Below, piece after piece: positions 39,001-48,840 of a stretch of DNA of 64,000 nucleotides. The notes under the pieces were generated by a model. It was not told where the DNA came from. It searched no databases and was given only the letters and a program-made list of their open reading frames with translations. The stretch comes from an uncultured Eubacteriales bacterium. GTDB taxonomy: Bacteria; Bacillota; Clostridia; Peptostreptococcales; Anaerovoracaceae. The position numbers and the translations under genes are program-made. The stretch is taken from positions 25,457-89,456 of the forward strand of contig CASDYG010000007.1 of the NCBI GenBank assembly GCA_949285555.1. Direction: 5' to 3'. The number at the start of each line of letters is the position of its first letter. Position 1 is the first letter of the stretch.

Positions 39001-39772
39001 GGTTAATATCAGGAGCATCATAGATGAAGAACTCATTTTCACGGGACATTTCAGTTCCGATAATTAAGTTGTATAGGAACTGTCCTTTACCCAGCTCAGA
39101 TTTACCCTGATCATATGAACCAGCAGTTTTATTGGCATACTTTTCTGCCGGTTGTACCGGCGGTCTATCATATGTGTATTTTACCGGCTTACCAAGGTCC
39201 TTATCATTTATGGATATATTATATGTGAAAGGAATATTGGTTTCCATAGGATGATTTTTAAAGTAATCTGAAGAAGTGTTACTTCTAATTCCCAATGGTA
39301 GCTCAAGATGAGCATTAAAATCAGCTAAATTTTCCTCAAAAGTAAATGTTATACTTCTTCTGTCATCCATATCAAGGCTGGCTACAACCTTTTCCCCATC
39401 CTTGAGAACCTTATTTAAGCTTGTAGCATAATCGATGAGCAGCAAATCCTTTTCACTGCTCTCACTATTTAGCTTGATTACCAGCTTATCCCCCTTATTG
39501 ATAGTCATACCACTATCAGCCAAAAACTTCAGATCGATGATGAGCTTATTTTTAGCCGTAGTCTCATCATATTTAGTAGGGGTCTCTTCACCCATTATGT
39601 CTCTTCCGGTCGTATCTTCATCATTTTCGTATACCATCCATTTAACTGACTGTACGATTGAAGATAAGTCCTTTTCCGGAGTTTCATCTGCCATTACAGG
39701 AAATTTTAAAAATCCCAGCAGAGAAACGATCAGCAGAAGCGCTAGCGTCTTCCTAAGATTCTTACTTTTCAC
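33005..39772 (-). CDS. Giant sortase-anchored cell-surface adhesin-like protein (~2255 aa): signal peptide, N-terminal adhesin-like region, one Cna-B/SpaA-type domain, ~19 tandem 84-aa repeats, APKTG sorting signal
   Basis: Start set at GTG 39772, 7 nt after GGAAAGGAG, giving VKSKNLRKTLALLLIVSLLGFLKFPVMADE (signal peptide). The ORF-track ATG at 39841 has no SD. GAKFTLY...GNYILKELSAPKQY is a Cna-B-like domain. The C-terminus is APKTG plus a hydrophobic helix plus RRKARG. Confidence 0.85.
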   Translation of the reverse strand: MKSKNLRKTLALLLIVSLLGFLKFPVMADETPEKDLSSIVQSVKWMVYENDEDTTGRDIMGEETPTKYDETTAKNKLIIDLKFLADSGMTINKGDKLVIKLNSESSEKDLLLIDYATSLNKVLKDGEKVVASLDMDDRRSITFTFEENLADFNAHLELPLGIRSNTSSDYFKNHPMETNIPFTYNISINDKDLGKPVKYTYDRPPVQPAEKYANKTAGSYDQGKSELGKGQFLYNLIIGTEMSRENEFFIYDAPDINLKSTDYINIYNGENKQDFTEQLIKVGEKKNSYKEEPPEGTEVPEDKLMQVNVYHIYYLTKESEDPTKPREAEWEAKKVQIEKNGAMTESAEEALVPKNIILEKPAGEALTPEEEKLIEEAGGLNKVVGKGFKIHIKNFKGIGREKGGWLTVVYSNEIVNNSPDLDKDKFPIYHNSFAYYAQDKESSPDGTGPRIEKTPIEDGKSPAPKKRTGTVVPGVIGAQVSEYSTAVITKVSEEEKEGEPGIKQPIEGAKFTLYALGKNNERTVATNEDGVKLENLVTNAKGELCLEGDLEHPVKVKVVRGNYILKELSAPKQYDLTDGKDEHLISVGLANNNFQIENKLKPEWKKRYKAKHTFESATKGWSLPTEVTTLKPADIENLKNESSVSPTDPSKKTVKVTEGTWTFDGWEPKTAKINADDVTFVGKWSFVEANKYKIIHKFKAADGVTRELPPEVTAKLPKDVNDVYDETTARPTDLKESDKDVSVVEGNWHFDGWDASEKQIRGGNVTFTGTWSFVENPKYDVVHRFEPAQGAPALPESVKSKLPKDQKGVYKGVTVSPTDFTGKTVKELNGTWTFDGWKPANAVVGDSNVEFVGTWSFVEAPKHNVIYQFAAKGTTKELPVEINNYLPPAQNDVYEGTPITAADPTTKTHKVVEGTWNFDSWDLAPNTVMGKSDLTITGSWTFTEGTKYKATHTYVVEQAAGRTLPNEILNSKPNDIEGLYDGMTASAVDVAVKTVRVTEGTWTFKGWDQPTKVINGANVEFVGTWGFTEAPKYDVTHRYEPAEGSPSTLPQEVNATLPANITDVYEGSTVRPNSPTTESVKLYNGTWTFDGWTPTELVVNGPSEFVGKWHFTEADKYNVTYRFAVADGESRPLPAEIEKYKPENQQNVYNETVVNPQAPTATEHKVTEGKWTFLGWDKDSKQINGGDIEFLGKWSFTEANKYDVLYKFEAKAGETRALPPEIEGYKPATQKGVYDEVVVTPQDPTNNTHTLLEGTWTFDGWDAKSKKIEGANITFTGTWSFVEAPKHNITYKFIASGTDKPLPAEINQYLPENQTDVYEKTPIQAADPKQKTHKVTEGVWSFNSWDLPAGSVMGTADLVITGTWTFTEGEKYKAIHEFVAAATAGRALPQEVLQHKPENIEGFYDGMTATATKVAVQSVKVTEGTWTFAGWDKESKQINKGDVTFTGTWNFTEADKVNVTHRFVPAAGSPSTLPPEVEAALPDDIEDVYVETTVRPNPPKKQSVKLPNGTWTFDSWDEESKTVGKNTVFTGTWSFNKYKVKHVFEPAAGTDRQLPEVVTQKLPADIENVYDESMAHPTPITDVDVEVVEGFWHFNGWDEDEKQVNGGDVTFTGTWSFTEKPKHDVIHSFVPAAGSPELPDSIKGKLPPKKEGIYKGVRVTPDEITDKTVKEPNGTWTFNGWGPTEATVGDEDVTFTGTWSFTEAPKHKVVYRFVAKDTDKPLPEAINAYLPEEKTNVYEEADVTADAPKQNTHKVTEGVWTFDSWDKPTAKMGTEDLVITGSWTFTEGEKYKAVHEFVAAATAGRTLPPEVLQQKPANIEGLYDGVTVTAQAADVAVKTVKVTEGTWTFDGWDHDSKQVNKGDVTFTGTWSFTEAPKYTVTYNFKPDGNSPEIPEEIKKLTPPDKPDVYEGVVVTPDPIDKTTVKVRTGTWTFNGWDNPSLTVTDKNHSFTGTWTFTEGNKYNVSYEFTSNDGSPVPEQVMNLLPPAHTDLYEGDEITATEIPDGEVKVREGTWTFTGWDKDKITVTNKNEKFTGVWTFTEGEKKQVTYEFVGDDPNTVLPEEVMELLPKDNAYYYHGDLVAVMELKSGMVETYDAIYTFKEWDKLNVTISEDPAVFTGIWHKEMKPEYTITHEFISEDGSEIPEAIKRLLPPERKQYEGSKATPFKISGEYTHLTVIGGTWKFVGWDADEKLVDKDVKFVGTWKFVPEKPADKKTPDNKKKAPKTGDEENPLALLSLGILAGLAAAVSRRKARG
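33148..37957 (-). repeat. Array of ~19 tandem ~253-bp (84-aa) coding repeats with consensus KY.V.H.F....G....LP.EV...LP.....VY.......P.......V.V.EGTWTF.GWD.....I.G..V.F.GTW.F.E
   Basis: Counted by hand from the translation (aa ~629-2232 of the ORF-track protein). The GTW.F.GW and F.GTW.F.E motifs recur every ~84 aa. Confidence 0.85.
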
Positions 39773-40124
39773 AAGCAAACTCCTTTCCAAAATGAATATA
39801 AAATAAATATTAATAAGTAACAAAAACTCACTCCTAGCCATCTTCTAGAAGTATTACCATACCTTTTGGTAGCTATGATTTTATTACTTTAGCATTTCTA
39901 TTTCAACTACGAAAAAGCGGTATTAATAGACAGTTTTTTCTTTTTGTTTTTAAATAAAAGATTTTGATAGTGTTTTTAAATATGATATTAAAATATTTTA
40001 TTTAAATTAACTCTTGCTGTCCTGTTTTTTATTTTTTAATGTAATGTGCTATTTATTTTTATCATGAAAATACAATTATTTTTTTATTTTTTATACATTT
40101 TTTATGCAAAATATATAAATTACA

Positions 40125-40150
40125 CAAAAAATGCCGGCTCAATGCCGGCT
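40125..40150 (-). terminator. Intrinsic terminator after uvrA
   Basis: GCCGGC-ATTGA-GCCGGC hairpin followed by T6 on the minus strand, 6 nt after the uvrA stop. Confidence 0.6.
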
Positions 40151-40155
40151 TACAA

Positions 40156-43119
40156 TTACAATCTCTCTATATGTTTTTTCAAGAACCTTCCTGTATACGA
40201 TTTATCTATTTTAATAACATCTTCCGGTGTTCCTTTGGCAATTACCTCACCGCCACCATTTCCCCCTTCGGGACCTAGATCTATAATATAGTCTGCACGC
40301 TTAATCACATCCAGGTTGTGTTCTATGACTAAAACTGTATTGCCTGCATCAACAAGCTTTTCCAAAACGTGTACAAGCCTGTCAACATCAGCGAAATGAA
40401 GTCCTGTAGTAGGCTCATCTAATATATATAACGTTCGTCCCGTAGCTTTTTTCGACAGCTCAGATGCCAACTTTACGCGCTGAGCCTCTCCTCCCGAAAG
40501 CTGTGTGGATGGCTGTCCGAGCTTAATATAGCCAAGCCCTACCTCTTTCAATGTATTTAGCTGCTTCATTATTGAAGGGATATTTTTAAAAAAGTCACAT
40601 GCCTCACTAACTGTCATATTTAGCACATCAAATATACTTTTACCCTTATATTTGACCTCTAATGTTTCTCGATTATATCTTTTTCCCTTACAGACATCAC
40701 ATGGAACGTAAACATCTGAAAGAAAATGCATTTCGATTTTTATCATGCCGTCACCCTTGCAGGCTTCACAGCGTCCCCCCTTTACATTAAAGCTGAATCT
40801 GCTCTTAGTATAGCCACGAAGCTTAGCTTCCGGAAGAGACGCAAAAAGATCGCGAATCGGAGTCATCATTCCAGTATATGTGGCAGGATTAGATCTTGGA
40901 GTTCTGCCTATTGGGCTTTGGTCTATATCAACAACCTTATCTATATTTTCAAGTCCAGTGATATACCTGCATTCACTTGAGTGCATATAGCCTATACTGC
41001 TATCCTTAAGTTCTTTATATTTTTTTAAAAGCTCCTTGGCTGATGCAAAGCTGGAAGATGCTGTAATTACACTGCCAACAGCAGACAGTTTTTCACCCTT
41101 GCCTTTACCAATAGTAATACCTTCTAGGTTTTTAAGTCCTGCGTATAGTACCTGATTTACAAGACTGCTCTTTCCGGAACCGGATACTCCCGTTACACAG
41201 ACTAGTCTTCCCAAAGGAATTTCTACCTCGATATTTTTTAAATTATTAGCTATTGCACCATTTATTTTTATAAATTTTCCATTTCCCTCTCTTCTGGCAT
41301 CAGGAACCAATATTTTCTTTCTGCCTGATAGGTATTGCCCTGTAATGGAATCCTTTACACTTTTAATATCCTCTACCGTACCTTGAGCTATGAGCCTACC
41401 GCCTCCTACTCCAGCACCGGGGCCTATATCCACTATATGATCCGCTGCATACATTGTATCCTCATCATGCTCTACAATCAGGAGCGTATTTCCTACATCC
41501 GTTAGATGTCTAAGAGTCTTTAAAAGTCTGTCATTATCTCTTTGGTGAAGACCTATACTTGGTTCATCCAATATGTATAGCACGCCCATAAGCCCAGATC
41601 CTATTTGCGAGGCTAGTCTTATTCTCTGCGTTTCTCCTCCCGATAGGGTTGCCGCTCCTCGCGATAATGTCAGATAGTCCAGCCCAACATCTACTAAAAA
41701 TTTTAAGCGTTCTTTTATCTCACGAAGTATCTGATATCCGATTATAGCGTCCTTTTCTGAAAGCTGCAAACTGTCAAAAAATTCGATGGCATCTTTAATG
41801 GATAAATCACTTATTTGAGCAATATTTAGATCTCCTACAGTTACTGCTAATACCTCTGGTTTTAACCTTTTGCCTTGGCACTCCTTACAAGGCTCAAGCT
41901 CCATATATGCTTCCATCTTTTCTTTCACAAAATCAGATGCTGTTTCACGATACTTGCGTTCTAATTGATTTACTAATCCTTCATAGGTGTGATCTCTGTT
42001 TTGAGTACGCCCGCTTTTGCTATGCACCGTGTATTTCAGATGCCTTTCACCCGTGCCATAGTAAACCTCCTTCATGAAATCATCTGGCATTTCAGAAAGT
42101 GGTAGCCTTAAATCCACGCCATGTTCATGCGCAAGAGCACGTATCACCTGCTTATGATAAAGGCTGTACTCCATAAATGCAAACAGCTTTGATAATCCTC
42201 CATTTAAGAGAGGTGCATCTTTATCCACCATCATTTTTGGCATTAATCTAAGATTAAAACCAAGTCCATTACAGCTCTCACATGCACCAAATGGACTATT
42301 GAAAGAGAACATACGCGGTTCCAGCTCTTCGATGCTTACTCCATGATCAGGACATGCAAATTTGGTAGAAAATAATCTTCGGCTTTTACTATCATCCAGC
42401 AGCTCATACATAACGAGGCCATTGCCATGAGCCTGAGCTGTTTCTACCGCTTCTGCCAGCCTGCTATCTTCCGTTCGCCCACCTACCAGTCTATCTACAA
42501 CGATTTCTATACTATGCTTAAAATTTTTGCCAAGCTTTATCTCATCTTCACCTAGTAGCTTCACCTCTCCATCTACTACCACTCTGGTAAAGCCTTCCCT
42601 TGCAACCTTTTCCAGTAGCTTAACATGTTCTCCCTTTCTATCACGCACAATAGGAGCAAGAACCATATAGCGCACTCCGTCAGGAATTTCTTTTAATGCA
42701 TCTACGATTTGATCTACGCTTTGACTTTCAATTGGCTTTCCACATATTGGGCAATGTGGCTTACCTATTCTTGCAAATAGAAGCCTTAGATAATCATGTA
42801 TCTCTGTTACGGTTCCTACCGTGGATCTGGGGTTCTTGCTGGTAGTCTTTTGGTCGATAGATATGGCCGGCGAAAGTCCTTCTATAAACTCTACATCTGG
42901 CTTGTCCATCTGTCCCAAGAACTGTCTTGCATACGCAGATAAGCTTTCCACATATCTTCGCTGCCCCTCAGCATATATGGTATCAAAAGCCAGTGATGTC
43001 TTGCCGGAACCTGAAAGTCCGGTTAGAACCACCATCTTATCTCTTGGAATCCTTACATCTATATTTTTAAGGTTATTTTCCTTTGCACCCTTTATAAAAA
43101 TTTCCTTTAGAGTTGTCAT
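40156..43119 (-). CDS. uvrA: Excinuclease ABC subunit A
   Basis: 987 aa with two ABC modules ([18 protein letters not shown]; [16 protein letters not shown]) and zinc modules ([24 protein letters not shown]). Confidence 0.95.
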   Translation of the reverse strand: MTTLKEIFIKGAKENNLKNIDVRIPRDKMVVLTGLSGSGKTSLAFDTIYAEGQRRYVESLSAYARQFLGQMDKPDVEFIEGLSPAISIDQKTTSKNPRSTVGTVTEIHDYLRLLFARIGKPHCPICGKPIESQSVDQIVDALKEIPDGVRYMVLAPIVRDRKGEHVKLLEKVAREGFTRVVVDGEVKLLGEDEIKLGKNFKHSIEIVVDRLVGGRTEDSRLAEAVETAQAHGNGLVMYELLDDSKSRRLFSTKFACPDHGVSIEELEPRMFSFNSPFGACESCNGLGFNLRLMPKMMVDKDAPLLNGGLSKLFAFMEYSLYHKQVIRALAHEHGVDLRLPLSEMPDDFMKEVYYGTGERHLKYTVHSKSGRTQNRDHTYEGLVNQLERKYRETASDFVKEKMEAYMELEPCKECQGKRLKPEVLAVTVGDLNIAQISDLSIKDAIEFFDSLQLSEKDAIIGYQILREIKERLKFLVDVGLDYLTLSRGAATLSGGETQRIRLASQIGSGLMGVLYILDEPSIGLHQRDNDRLLKTLRHLTDVGNTLLIVEHDEDTMYAADHIVDIGPGAGVGGGRLIAQGTVEDIKSVKDSITGQYLSGRKKILVPDARREGNGKFIKINGAIANNLKNIEVEIPLGRLVCVTGVSGSGKSSLVNQVLYAGLKNLEGITIGKGKGEKLSAVGSVITASSSFASAKELLKKYKELKDSSIGYMHSSECRYITGLENIDKVVDIDQSPIGRTPRSNPATYTGMMTPIRDLFASLPEAKLRGYTKSRFSFNVKGGRCEACKGDGMIKIEMHFLSDVYVPCDVCKGKRYNRETLEVKYKGKSIFDVLNMTVSEACDFFKNIPSIMKQLNTLKEVGLGYIKLGQPSTQLSGGEAQRVKLASELSKKATGRTLYILDEPTTGLHFADVDRLVHVLEKLVDAGNTVLVIEHNLDVIKRADYIIDLGPEGGNGGGEVIAKGTPEDVIKIDKSYTGRFLKKHIERL

Positions 43120-43217
43120 CCGTCCTCCGTAGTTTCTAGCTTTGTTCTCGATAATCTTTTCTTATTCTATCTGTCGCCTGTATCAATTCTATGTAGCAAA
43201 GACTAATTTATGTTGTA

Positions 43218-45203
43218 CTAAAGAGCCGCCTTATATTCAAAGATAATATCTCTTAGCTCAGCTGCACGTTCAAACTGCAACGCTGCCGCCGCTTCCTTCA
43301 TATCCTTTTCCAATAACTTAATATAATCTTTAAGCTCCTTTTTAGTCATCTCTGATGGCCTTAATTCTTCTTCAATCTCACCGTCAATCTTTTTAGTAGC
43401 CTCTATAACAGCTCGAACCGATTTGGATACACTCCTTGGTGTTATTCCATGTTCTTCGTTATACGCCTGCTGTAGGCTGCGTCTTCTCTCGGTTTCATCT
43501 ATTGCCCTTTTCATTGCAGGGCTAATATTATCTGCATACATTATCACCCTACCACAGACATTTCTTGCAGCCCTGCCTATGGTCTGTATCAATGAGGCTT
43601 CTGTCCTTAAAAAGCCTTCTTTATCTGCATCAAGTATAGCGACAAGTCCCACCTCTGGAACATCAAGTCCCTCTCTGAGCAGATTTATCCCTACAAGTAC
43701 GTGAAACTTGCCCAATCTAAGATCTCTGATGATTTCAAGCCTCTCCAATGTATCAATCTCAGAGTGAAGATATTTCACCTTAATACCTGCTCCCTGAAGG
43801 TATCCACTTAAGGATTCAGCCATTTTCTTAGTAAGCGTGGTAACAAATACTCTATTTCCCGCTTCCACAGTTTTATTGATCTCTCCAATAAGATGATCTA
43901 TCTGCCCTTCAGAAGGCACTACCTCAATTGGCGGATCAAGTAATCCTGTAGGTCTGATAATCTGCTCTGCGCCAATACCTCCACTAACTTCCTTTTCATA
44001 AGGACCTGGTGTAGCACTGACATACAGGCTCTGCCCTACAATGGACTGAAATTCATCAAACTGAAGTGGTCTATTATCCAGGGCAGACGGCAATCTAAAA
44101 CCATAATCTACCAGTGCTTGCTTTCTGCTTCTATCTCCTGCATACATTGCTCTTAATTGAGGTAGCATTACATGAGACTCATCTATTAAGGTTATAAAAT
44201 CATCAGGGAAATAGTCAATAAGTGTATATGGCCTTGCGCCCGCCTTAAGTCCATTTATATGTCGTGAATAGTTTTCTACTCCTTTACATGTCCCTAACTC
44301 TCGCAGCATCTCCATATCGTACCTGGTTCTTTCCTCAATACGCTGCGCTTCTAAGAGCTTACCCCTGTCTTTGAAAAATCTTATTCTTTCCTCCAGTTCT
44401 TCTTCTATTGTCAATAGTGCTCTACCAATTGATTCAGACGACGCCACATAATGTGATGCAGGAAAAACAGACGCATGATTACGAATTCCTATAATTTCTC
44501 CAGTAACTGGACTCATTTCTTTTATAGAATCTACCTCATCACCAAACAGCTCTACTCTTAGCACCTTGTCTTCGCCAGCCGGAAAAATATCAATTATATC
44601 TCCTCTTACTCGAAAGCTTCCTCTCTCCAGTGACATATCATTACGGTTGTATTGTATTCGTATAAGTCCACGAAGCAGATCCGTTCTACCCATGTTATTT
44701 CCCACACGTATAGACAGCATCTGACTTCCATACGCATCAGGATCTCCCAGTCCATAAATACATGAAACACTGGCTACTATAATTACATCTCTTCTTTCCT
44801 GCAATGCGGCCGTTGCAGAATGTCTTAGCTTCTCAATTTCTTCATTTATATCAGAATCCTTCTCAATATATGTATCTGTAGATGCTACATACGCCTCTGG
44901 CTGATAGTAGTCATAATATGACACAAAATATTCCACCGCATTATTGGGAAAAAATTCCTTGAATTCTCCATGAAGCTGTGCTGCCAAGGTTTTATTATGA
45001 GATATTACAAGCGTTGGTCTGTTCAGTCTCTCGATGATATTTGCCATTGTGAATGTCTTTCCTGAACCCGTTACACCAAGAAGGGTCTGATGTTTTTTGC
45101 CACCTAAAAAACCATCCACCAGGCGTTCTACTGCCTGTGGCTGGTCACCCATCATTGAAAATTCTGATTTTATCTTGAATATATCCCTTGACATATCACT
45201 CAT
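43218..45203 (-). CDS. uvrB: Excinuclease ABC subunit B
   Basis: 661 aa with [14 protein letters not shown], helicase motifs and the C-terminal UVR domain (..[14 protein letters not shown]..). Confidence 0.95.
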   Translation of the reverse strand: MSDMSRDIFKIKSEFSMMGDQPQAVERLVDGFLGGKKHQTLLGVTGSGKTFTMANIIERLNRPTLVISHNKTLAAQLHGEFKEFFPNNAVEYFVSYYDYYQPEAYVASTDTYIEKDSDINEEIEKLRHSATAALQERRDVIIVASVSCIYGLGDPDAYGSQMLSIRVGNNMGRTDLLRGLIRIQYNRNDMSLERGSFRVRGDIIDIFPAGEDKVLRVELFGDEVDSIKEMSPVTGEIIGIRNHASVFPASHYVASSESIGRALLTIEEELEERIRFFKDRGKLLEAQRIEERTRYDMEMLRELGTCKGVENYSRHINGLKAGARPYTLIDYFPDDFITLIDESHVMLPQLRAMYAGDRSRKQALVDYGFRLPSALDNRPLQFDEFQSIVGQSLYVSATPGPYEKEVSGGIGAEQIIRPTGLLDPPIEVVPSEGQIDHLIGEINKTVEAGNRVFVTTLTKKMAESLSGYLQGAGIKVKYLHSEIDTLERLEIIRDLRLGKFHVLVGINLLREGLDVPEVGLVAILDADKEGFLRTEASLIQTIGRAARNVCGRVIMYADNISPAMKRAIDETERRRSLQQAYNEEHGITPRSVSKSVRAVIEATKKIDGEIEEELRPSEMTKKELKDYIKLLEKDMKEAAAALQFERAAELRDIIFEYKAAL

Positions 45204-45232
45204 TTAATGCCTCCACATTACCATTATACCAC

Positions 45233-45263
45233 AAAAAAATTCCCTCAAAGCGTCAAGGGAATT
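45233..45263 (-). terminator. Intrinsic terminator after the YitT-family gene
   Basis: AATTCCCT..AGGGAATT hairpin followed by T7 on the minus strand. Confidence 0.55.
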
Positions 45264-45405
45264 CTAATAAACTGTTCATATCGTATTAACACATAAATTA
45301 TATAAATACTTTTCATGTGCCCGCAAGTTATAGGAGCTTATGTCCAGCTAGTTTGCATTGCTTCGCATTGTACAATTATATTGCTTTCATAGGAAGGTTT
45401 ATTAT

Positions 45406-46290
45406 TTAGTCATGAGGTCTCTTATAAAATTTTCCAGTCAGTTGTTCTGTTTTAATCACATTTATAAATGCTTTAGGATCAATCTCACGTATACTAGCTA
45501 TCACATGATCCACCTCATCACTTGAAACTACTGAAAATAACATATTTCTATCGGCTCCTTGATAGCAACCCTTTCCCCTAAAGAGGGTAGCATCATGATT
45601 AGTTATTTCCTTAATTTTGCCATATACCGACATAGGCTTATCTGTAATAATAAATAATGTATGCTTTCTGTATCTCTTAAACAGTGCTTGTATAATCTGA
45701 GTGTTACAATATTGGAATATTACAGAGTACATAGCTCTGTCAAAGCCAAACAGTACTCCTGCGACTGTGAGCATCACCACATTTGCAAGCAGTATATAAT
45801 TCCACGCATCTACGCCTCGCCTTTCAGACATGAAGATAGAGACAAAATCCGTTCCACCCGCACTTGCCCCAACTACAAGGCATAAAAAGACTGCTAATCC
45901 ATTCAACAGTCCACCAAAAATACAGATAAGTAGCTTATCATATGTAATGATAATATCAGGTATAATATCAACTAAAAATGATGAAAGTAAAATTACATAT
46001 ATGGAATATATGGTGAATCTGCGTCCCAGGTATTTAATACCAATATACATGGGAATCATATTAACAGGAATGTAAATAAGGGAAAAGCCGATATTTATGT
46101 TAAAATAATTACTCAGACTCTGTTGTATAAGTAGTGTCAATCCATTAAAGCCACCTGGGAAAAGTCCTCCAGTCCTTACAAAGCTCTTTATATTAAAGGC
46201 AATAATTGCAGCTCCAATGGTGCAAAAGATAATTCTTTTAATTGTAAACTTCCACCTCTTTTTATCCATTCCTAAAACTTTTCCCTCCAT
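45406..46290 (-). CDS. YitT-family membrane protein with C-terminal DUF2179-like domain
   Basis: Five or six TM helices plus a soluble C-terminal domain (..TDKPMSVYGKIKEITNHDATLFRGKGCYQG..INVIKTEQLTGKF). Start placed at MEGKVLG (46290) behind AAAGGGGA. The ORF track extends to 46341. Confidence 0.7.
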   Translation of the reverse strand: MEGKVLGMDKKRWKFTIKRIIFCTIGAAIIAFNIKSFVRTGGLFPGGFNGLTLLIQQSLSNYFNINIGFSLIYIPVNMIPMYIGIKYLGRRFTIYSIYVILLSSFLVDIIPDIIITYDKLLICIFGGLLNGLAVFLCLVVGASAGGTDFVSIFMSERRGVDAWNYILLANVVMLTVAGVLFGFDRAMYSVIFQYCNTQIIQALFKRYRKHTLFIITDKPMSVYGKIKEITNHDATLFRGKGCYQGADRNMLFSVVSSDEVDHVIASIREIDPKAFINVIKTEQLTGKFYKRPHD

Positions 46291-46432
46291 GGTATTCCCC
46301 TTTACTGTATATCCACTTCTCCTACATATTGATTGTACCATTTATGCAGGTATTTGCAATAACAAAATTTAATCTTTTTAAATATAGTTTTTTGTTATTT
46401 TAAACAAAATTTTAAAATTTTTATTATTTCTG

Positions 46433-46460
46433 TTGACAAAATTTTTTAACGAAGTATAAT
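46433..46460 (+). promoter_or_regulatory. Sigma-70 type promoter (TTGACA-16-TATAAT) of the NSS transporter gene
   Basis: TTGACA (46433-46438), 16-nt spacer, TATAAT (46455-46460). Confidence 0.55.
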
Positions 46461-46537
46461 AGCATTTGTCATTGCAATTATTTTATATCGTACATTTGAA
46501 AAGCATGACTATATTTTTATTTTAGGAGGTATTATTC

Positions 46538-47941
46538 ATGGAACATGGGAAAGGAAAGGGCCAATGGGGCAGTCAGTTCGGCTTTTTGATGGCGGCCATA
46601 GGCTCTGCAGTAGGTTTAGGTAATCTTTGGGGGTTCCCCTATAAGCTAGGTAAAAATGGCGGCTTCGCCTTTCTAATTATATATGTTCTTCTAGTAATTT
46701 TAGTTGGTGTAGTAATGGTACTATCAGAACTAGCCTTAGGACGAAAGACAGGCAAGGGTATCGTATCTGCATGGACAACAGTAGATAAGAAGTATAAGCC
46801 ACTAGGCTGGTTTGGAGTAATCTCTCCATTCCTCATCCTATTCTTTTACACTATGCTAGGTGGCTATTGTGTTAAATATATTGTAGCCAATCTTGGTGAT
46901 GTATTTAATGCCAGCTGGGGAGTAGCTGGTGCAGATAGCGGAGCATACTTCCAGGGTTTCTTCACTGATCAGCTACAGACATCAGTATATACGCTCGTAT
47001 TCATGGGACTGACAGCACTAATAGTTTTAGGTGGTGTTTCAAGTGGAATCGAAAAATTTTCCAAGGTAGCGATGCCTCTTCTATTCTTCATGCTGGTAGC
47101 AGTAATCGTTAGAAGCGTTACCATGCCAGGAGCAAGCGAAGGTATCAAGTTCCTGTTTAGCCCTAACTGGGAAGTATTCAAGGGTACAGGCTGGATAAAT
47201 GTACTTGCATCGGCCGGTGGACAGGTATTCTTCTCATTATCACTAGGAATGGGTATAACCGTTACTTACGGATCATATCTTAAGAAAACTGAAAGTCTGC
47301 AATTTAACGCTTTTGTTATACCATTTGCAGACACTGTAATAGCTATAATGGCTGGACTAGCAATCATGCCTGCAGTATTTGCATCAGGTCTTGATCCAGC
47401 AGCTGGCCCTGGTCTAATATTCGTAACACTACAGACTGTTTTTGCTTCTATGGGATCAGTAGGCCCTGCATTTGGTGCAGCTTTCTACTTCCTGGTATTC
47501 ATAGCAGCTATAACCTCTTCAATAGCGTTACTTGAAACTGTAGTAGCTGTTATCGTTGATAAGAAAACTGAAGCCGGAAAGCCAATAAACAGAAAGGCTA
47601 TAACAGTTACATCATCTCTGGTAATTGCTGTAGGTGCTGTTTTTGTATCACTTGATGGACTTGGATCTCATGGCTTCCCACAGATATTTGGACAGGGAAC
47701 ATGGCTTGATACATTCGACCTTGTAGCAGAAGGTGTATTGATGCCAGTGAGTGCCCTTCTACTAGGTGTAATCTTTGGCTGGTTTAAGCCGGGCTATCTT
47801 GATACAGAAATAGAGCTTACCGGAGCGCTTAAGTGGAAAGCTTTGTACCACCTATGCCTTAAGGTCGTAGCTCCACTCATCATGGCTTTGGTACTTTACG
47901 GTCAGCTTGTAAACTTTGGAATCATCCCAGCTTTATTCTAA
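46538..47941 (+). CDS. Sodium-dependent transporter, NSS/SNF family (second copy in window)
   Basis: 467 aa with the GFLMAAIGSAVGLGNLWGFPY signature. SD AGGAGG upstream. Confidence 0.85.
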   Translation: MEHGKGKGQWGSQFGFLMAAIGSAVGLGNLWGFPYKLGKNGGFAFLIIYVLLVILVGVVMVLSELALGRKTGKGIVSAWTTVDKKYKPLGWFGVISPFLILFFYTMLGGYCVKYIVANLGDVFNASWGVAGADSGAYFQGFFTDQLQTSVYTLVFMGLTALIVLGGVSSGIEKFSKVAMPLLFFMLVAVIVRSVTMPGASEGIKFLFSPNWEVFKGTGWINVLASAGGQVFFSLSLGMGITVTYGSYLKKTESLQFNAFVIPFADTVIAIMAGLAIMPAVFASGLDPAAGPGLIFVTLQTVFASMGSVGPAFGAAFYFLVFIAAITSSIALLETVVAVIVDKKTEAGKPINRKAITVTSSLVIAVGAVFVSLDGLGSHGFPQIFGQGTWLDTFDLVAEGVLMPVSALLLGVIFGWFKPGYLDTEIELTGALKWKALYHLCLKVVAPLIMALVLYGQLVNFGIIPALF

Positions 47942-48062
47942 AACTGGATTTCCAATAGGCTACCTCAGCTGATATTATAAGAAAGAAATTAGATAAACAT
48001 AAAATACAGATTTTGCACAAAATTTAATTTAGCCGTTAGATAGTGCGATATAATTCTCCTAT

Positions 48063-48092
48063 AAAGCCCTACATATGTAGGGCTTTTTCTTT
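48063..48092 (+). terminator. Intrinsic terminator after the NSS transporter gene
   Basis: AAAGCCCTACA-T-ATGTAGGGCTTT hairpin followed by a T-run. Confidence 0.6.
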
Positions 48093-48175
48093 TCAGCCTT
48101 ACAAGATATAAACCACATACTCATCGCTATATTGCTCATCGTTCCTACACAAATGATATTGACATTACATCTCAA

Positions 48176-48199
48176 TAAAAAAGGGCATACATGCCCCTT
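48176..48199 (-). terminator. Intrinsic terminator after recR
   Basis: GGGGCAT-GT-ATGCCC(T) hairpin followed by T6 on the minus strand. Confidence 0.55.
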
Positions 48200-48242
48200 T
48201 AAACTCATCTTTAGTCTATCATTCACAAACTACATCATAATA

Positions 48243-48839
48243 TCAAATATTTCGTCTTCCCTCTAGAGCTTTTAACAATGTGACCTCGTCCGCATACTCC
48301 AGATCACCTCCAACAGGAAGCCCATGTGCTATTCTGCTCACCTTAATTCCTGCGGGCTTTAATAAAGAAGCAATATACATTGCCGTTGCCTCCCCCTCAA
48401 CCGTAGGATTAGTAGCAACTATTACTTCTTCAATAGGTTCCTCACTCATACGCTTAACCAAGCTCATCATGTTAAGATCACTTATAGTCGTTCCCTCCAA
48501 AGGAGAAATCACTCCATGCAAAACATGATAAAGACCATGAAATTCCTTCATTCGCTCCATTGCCATCAGATCCTGAGGCGTTTCCACAACACAAATGACT
48601 TTATGATCTCTTTCATCGCTAGTACATATATTACATGGATCTACATCTGTTAGGTTTCCACACCTGCTACAAAAATGAAGATTCTTCTTTCCCTCACTAA
48701 TGGCTTCCACTAGCTGCTCTACATCATACTCATCCATCGACATGATATGAAAAGCCAGGCGCTGAGCTGTCTTTCTTCCTACTCCCGGCAGAGCTGCAAG
48801 CCTGCCAATCAATCTTTCCAGTGGCTTTGGATATTCCAT
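48243..48839 (-). CDS. recR: Recombination protein RecR
   Basis: 198 aa with the helix-hairpin-helix N-terminus ([15 protein letters not shown]), C4 zinc finger ([16 protein letters not shown]) and a Toprim domain. Confidence 0.95.
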   Translation of the reverse strand: MEYPKPLERLIGRLAALPGVGRKTAQRLAFHIMSMDEYDVEQLVEAISEGKKNLHFCSRCGNLTDVDPCNICTSDERDHKVICVVETPQDLMAMERMKEFHGLYHVLHGVISPLEGTTISDLNMMSLVKRMSEEPIEEVIVATNPTVEGEATAMYIASLLKPAGIKVSRIAHGLPVGGDLEYADEVTLLKALEGRRNI

Positions 48840-48840
48840 A

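Noticed and set aside
39773-39841. ATG-initiated N-terminal extension (MARSEFLLLINIYFIFILERSLL) of the giant surface protein given by the ORF track
   Set aside because: There is no SD before that ATG. The in-frame GTG at 39772 has GGAAAGGAG at ideal spacing and yields a canonical signal peptide. Similar over-extensions were trimmed for pncB (32817), ansA (62356), brnQ (50669), pcrA (58159), mtnA (30898) and the YitT gene (46341).
43120-45405. Looked for LexA/Cheo boxes (GAAC-N4-GTTC) upstream of uvrA and uvrB
   Set aside because: Only isolated GAAC/GTTC half-sites are present (for example ..CTGTTCATATCG.. near 45272), with no full palindrome. An SOS operator cannot be supported.
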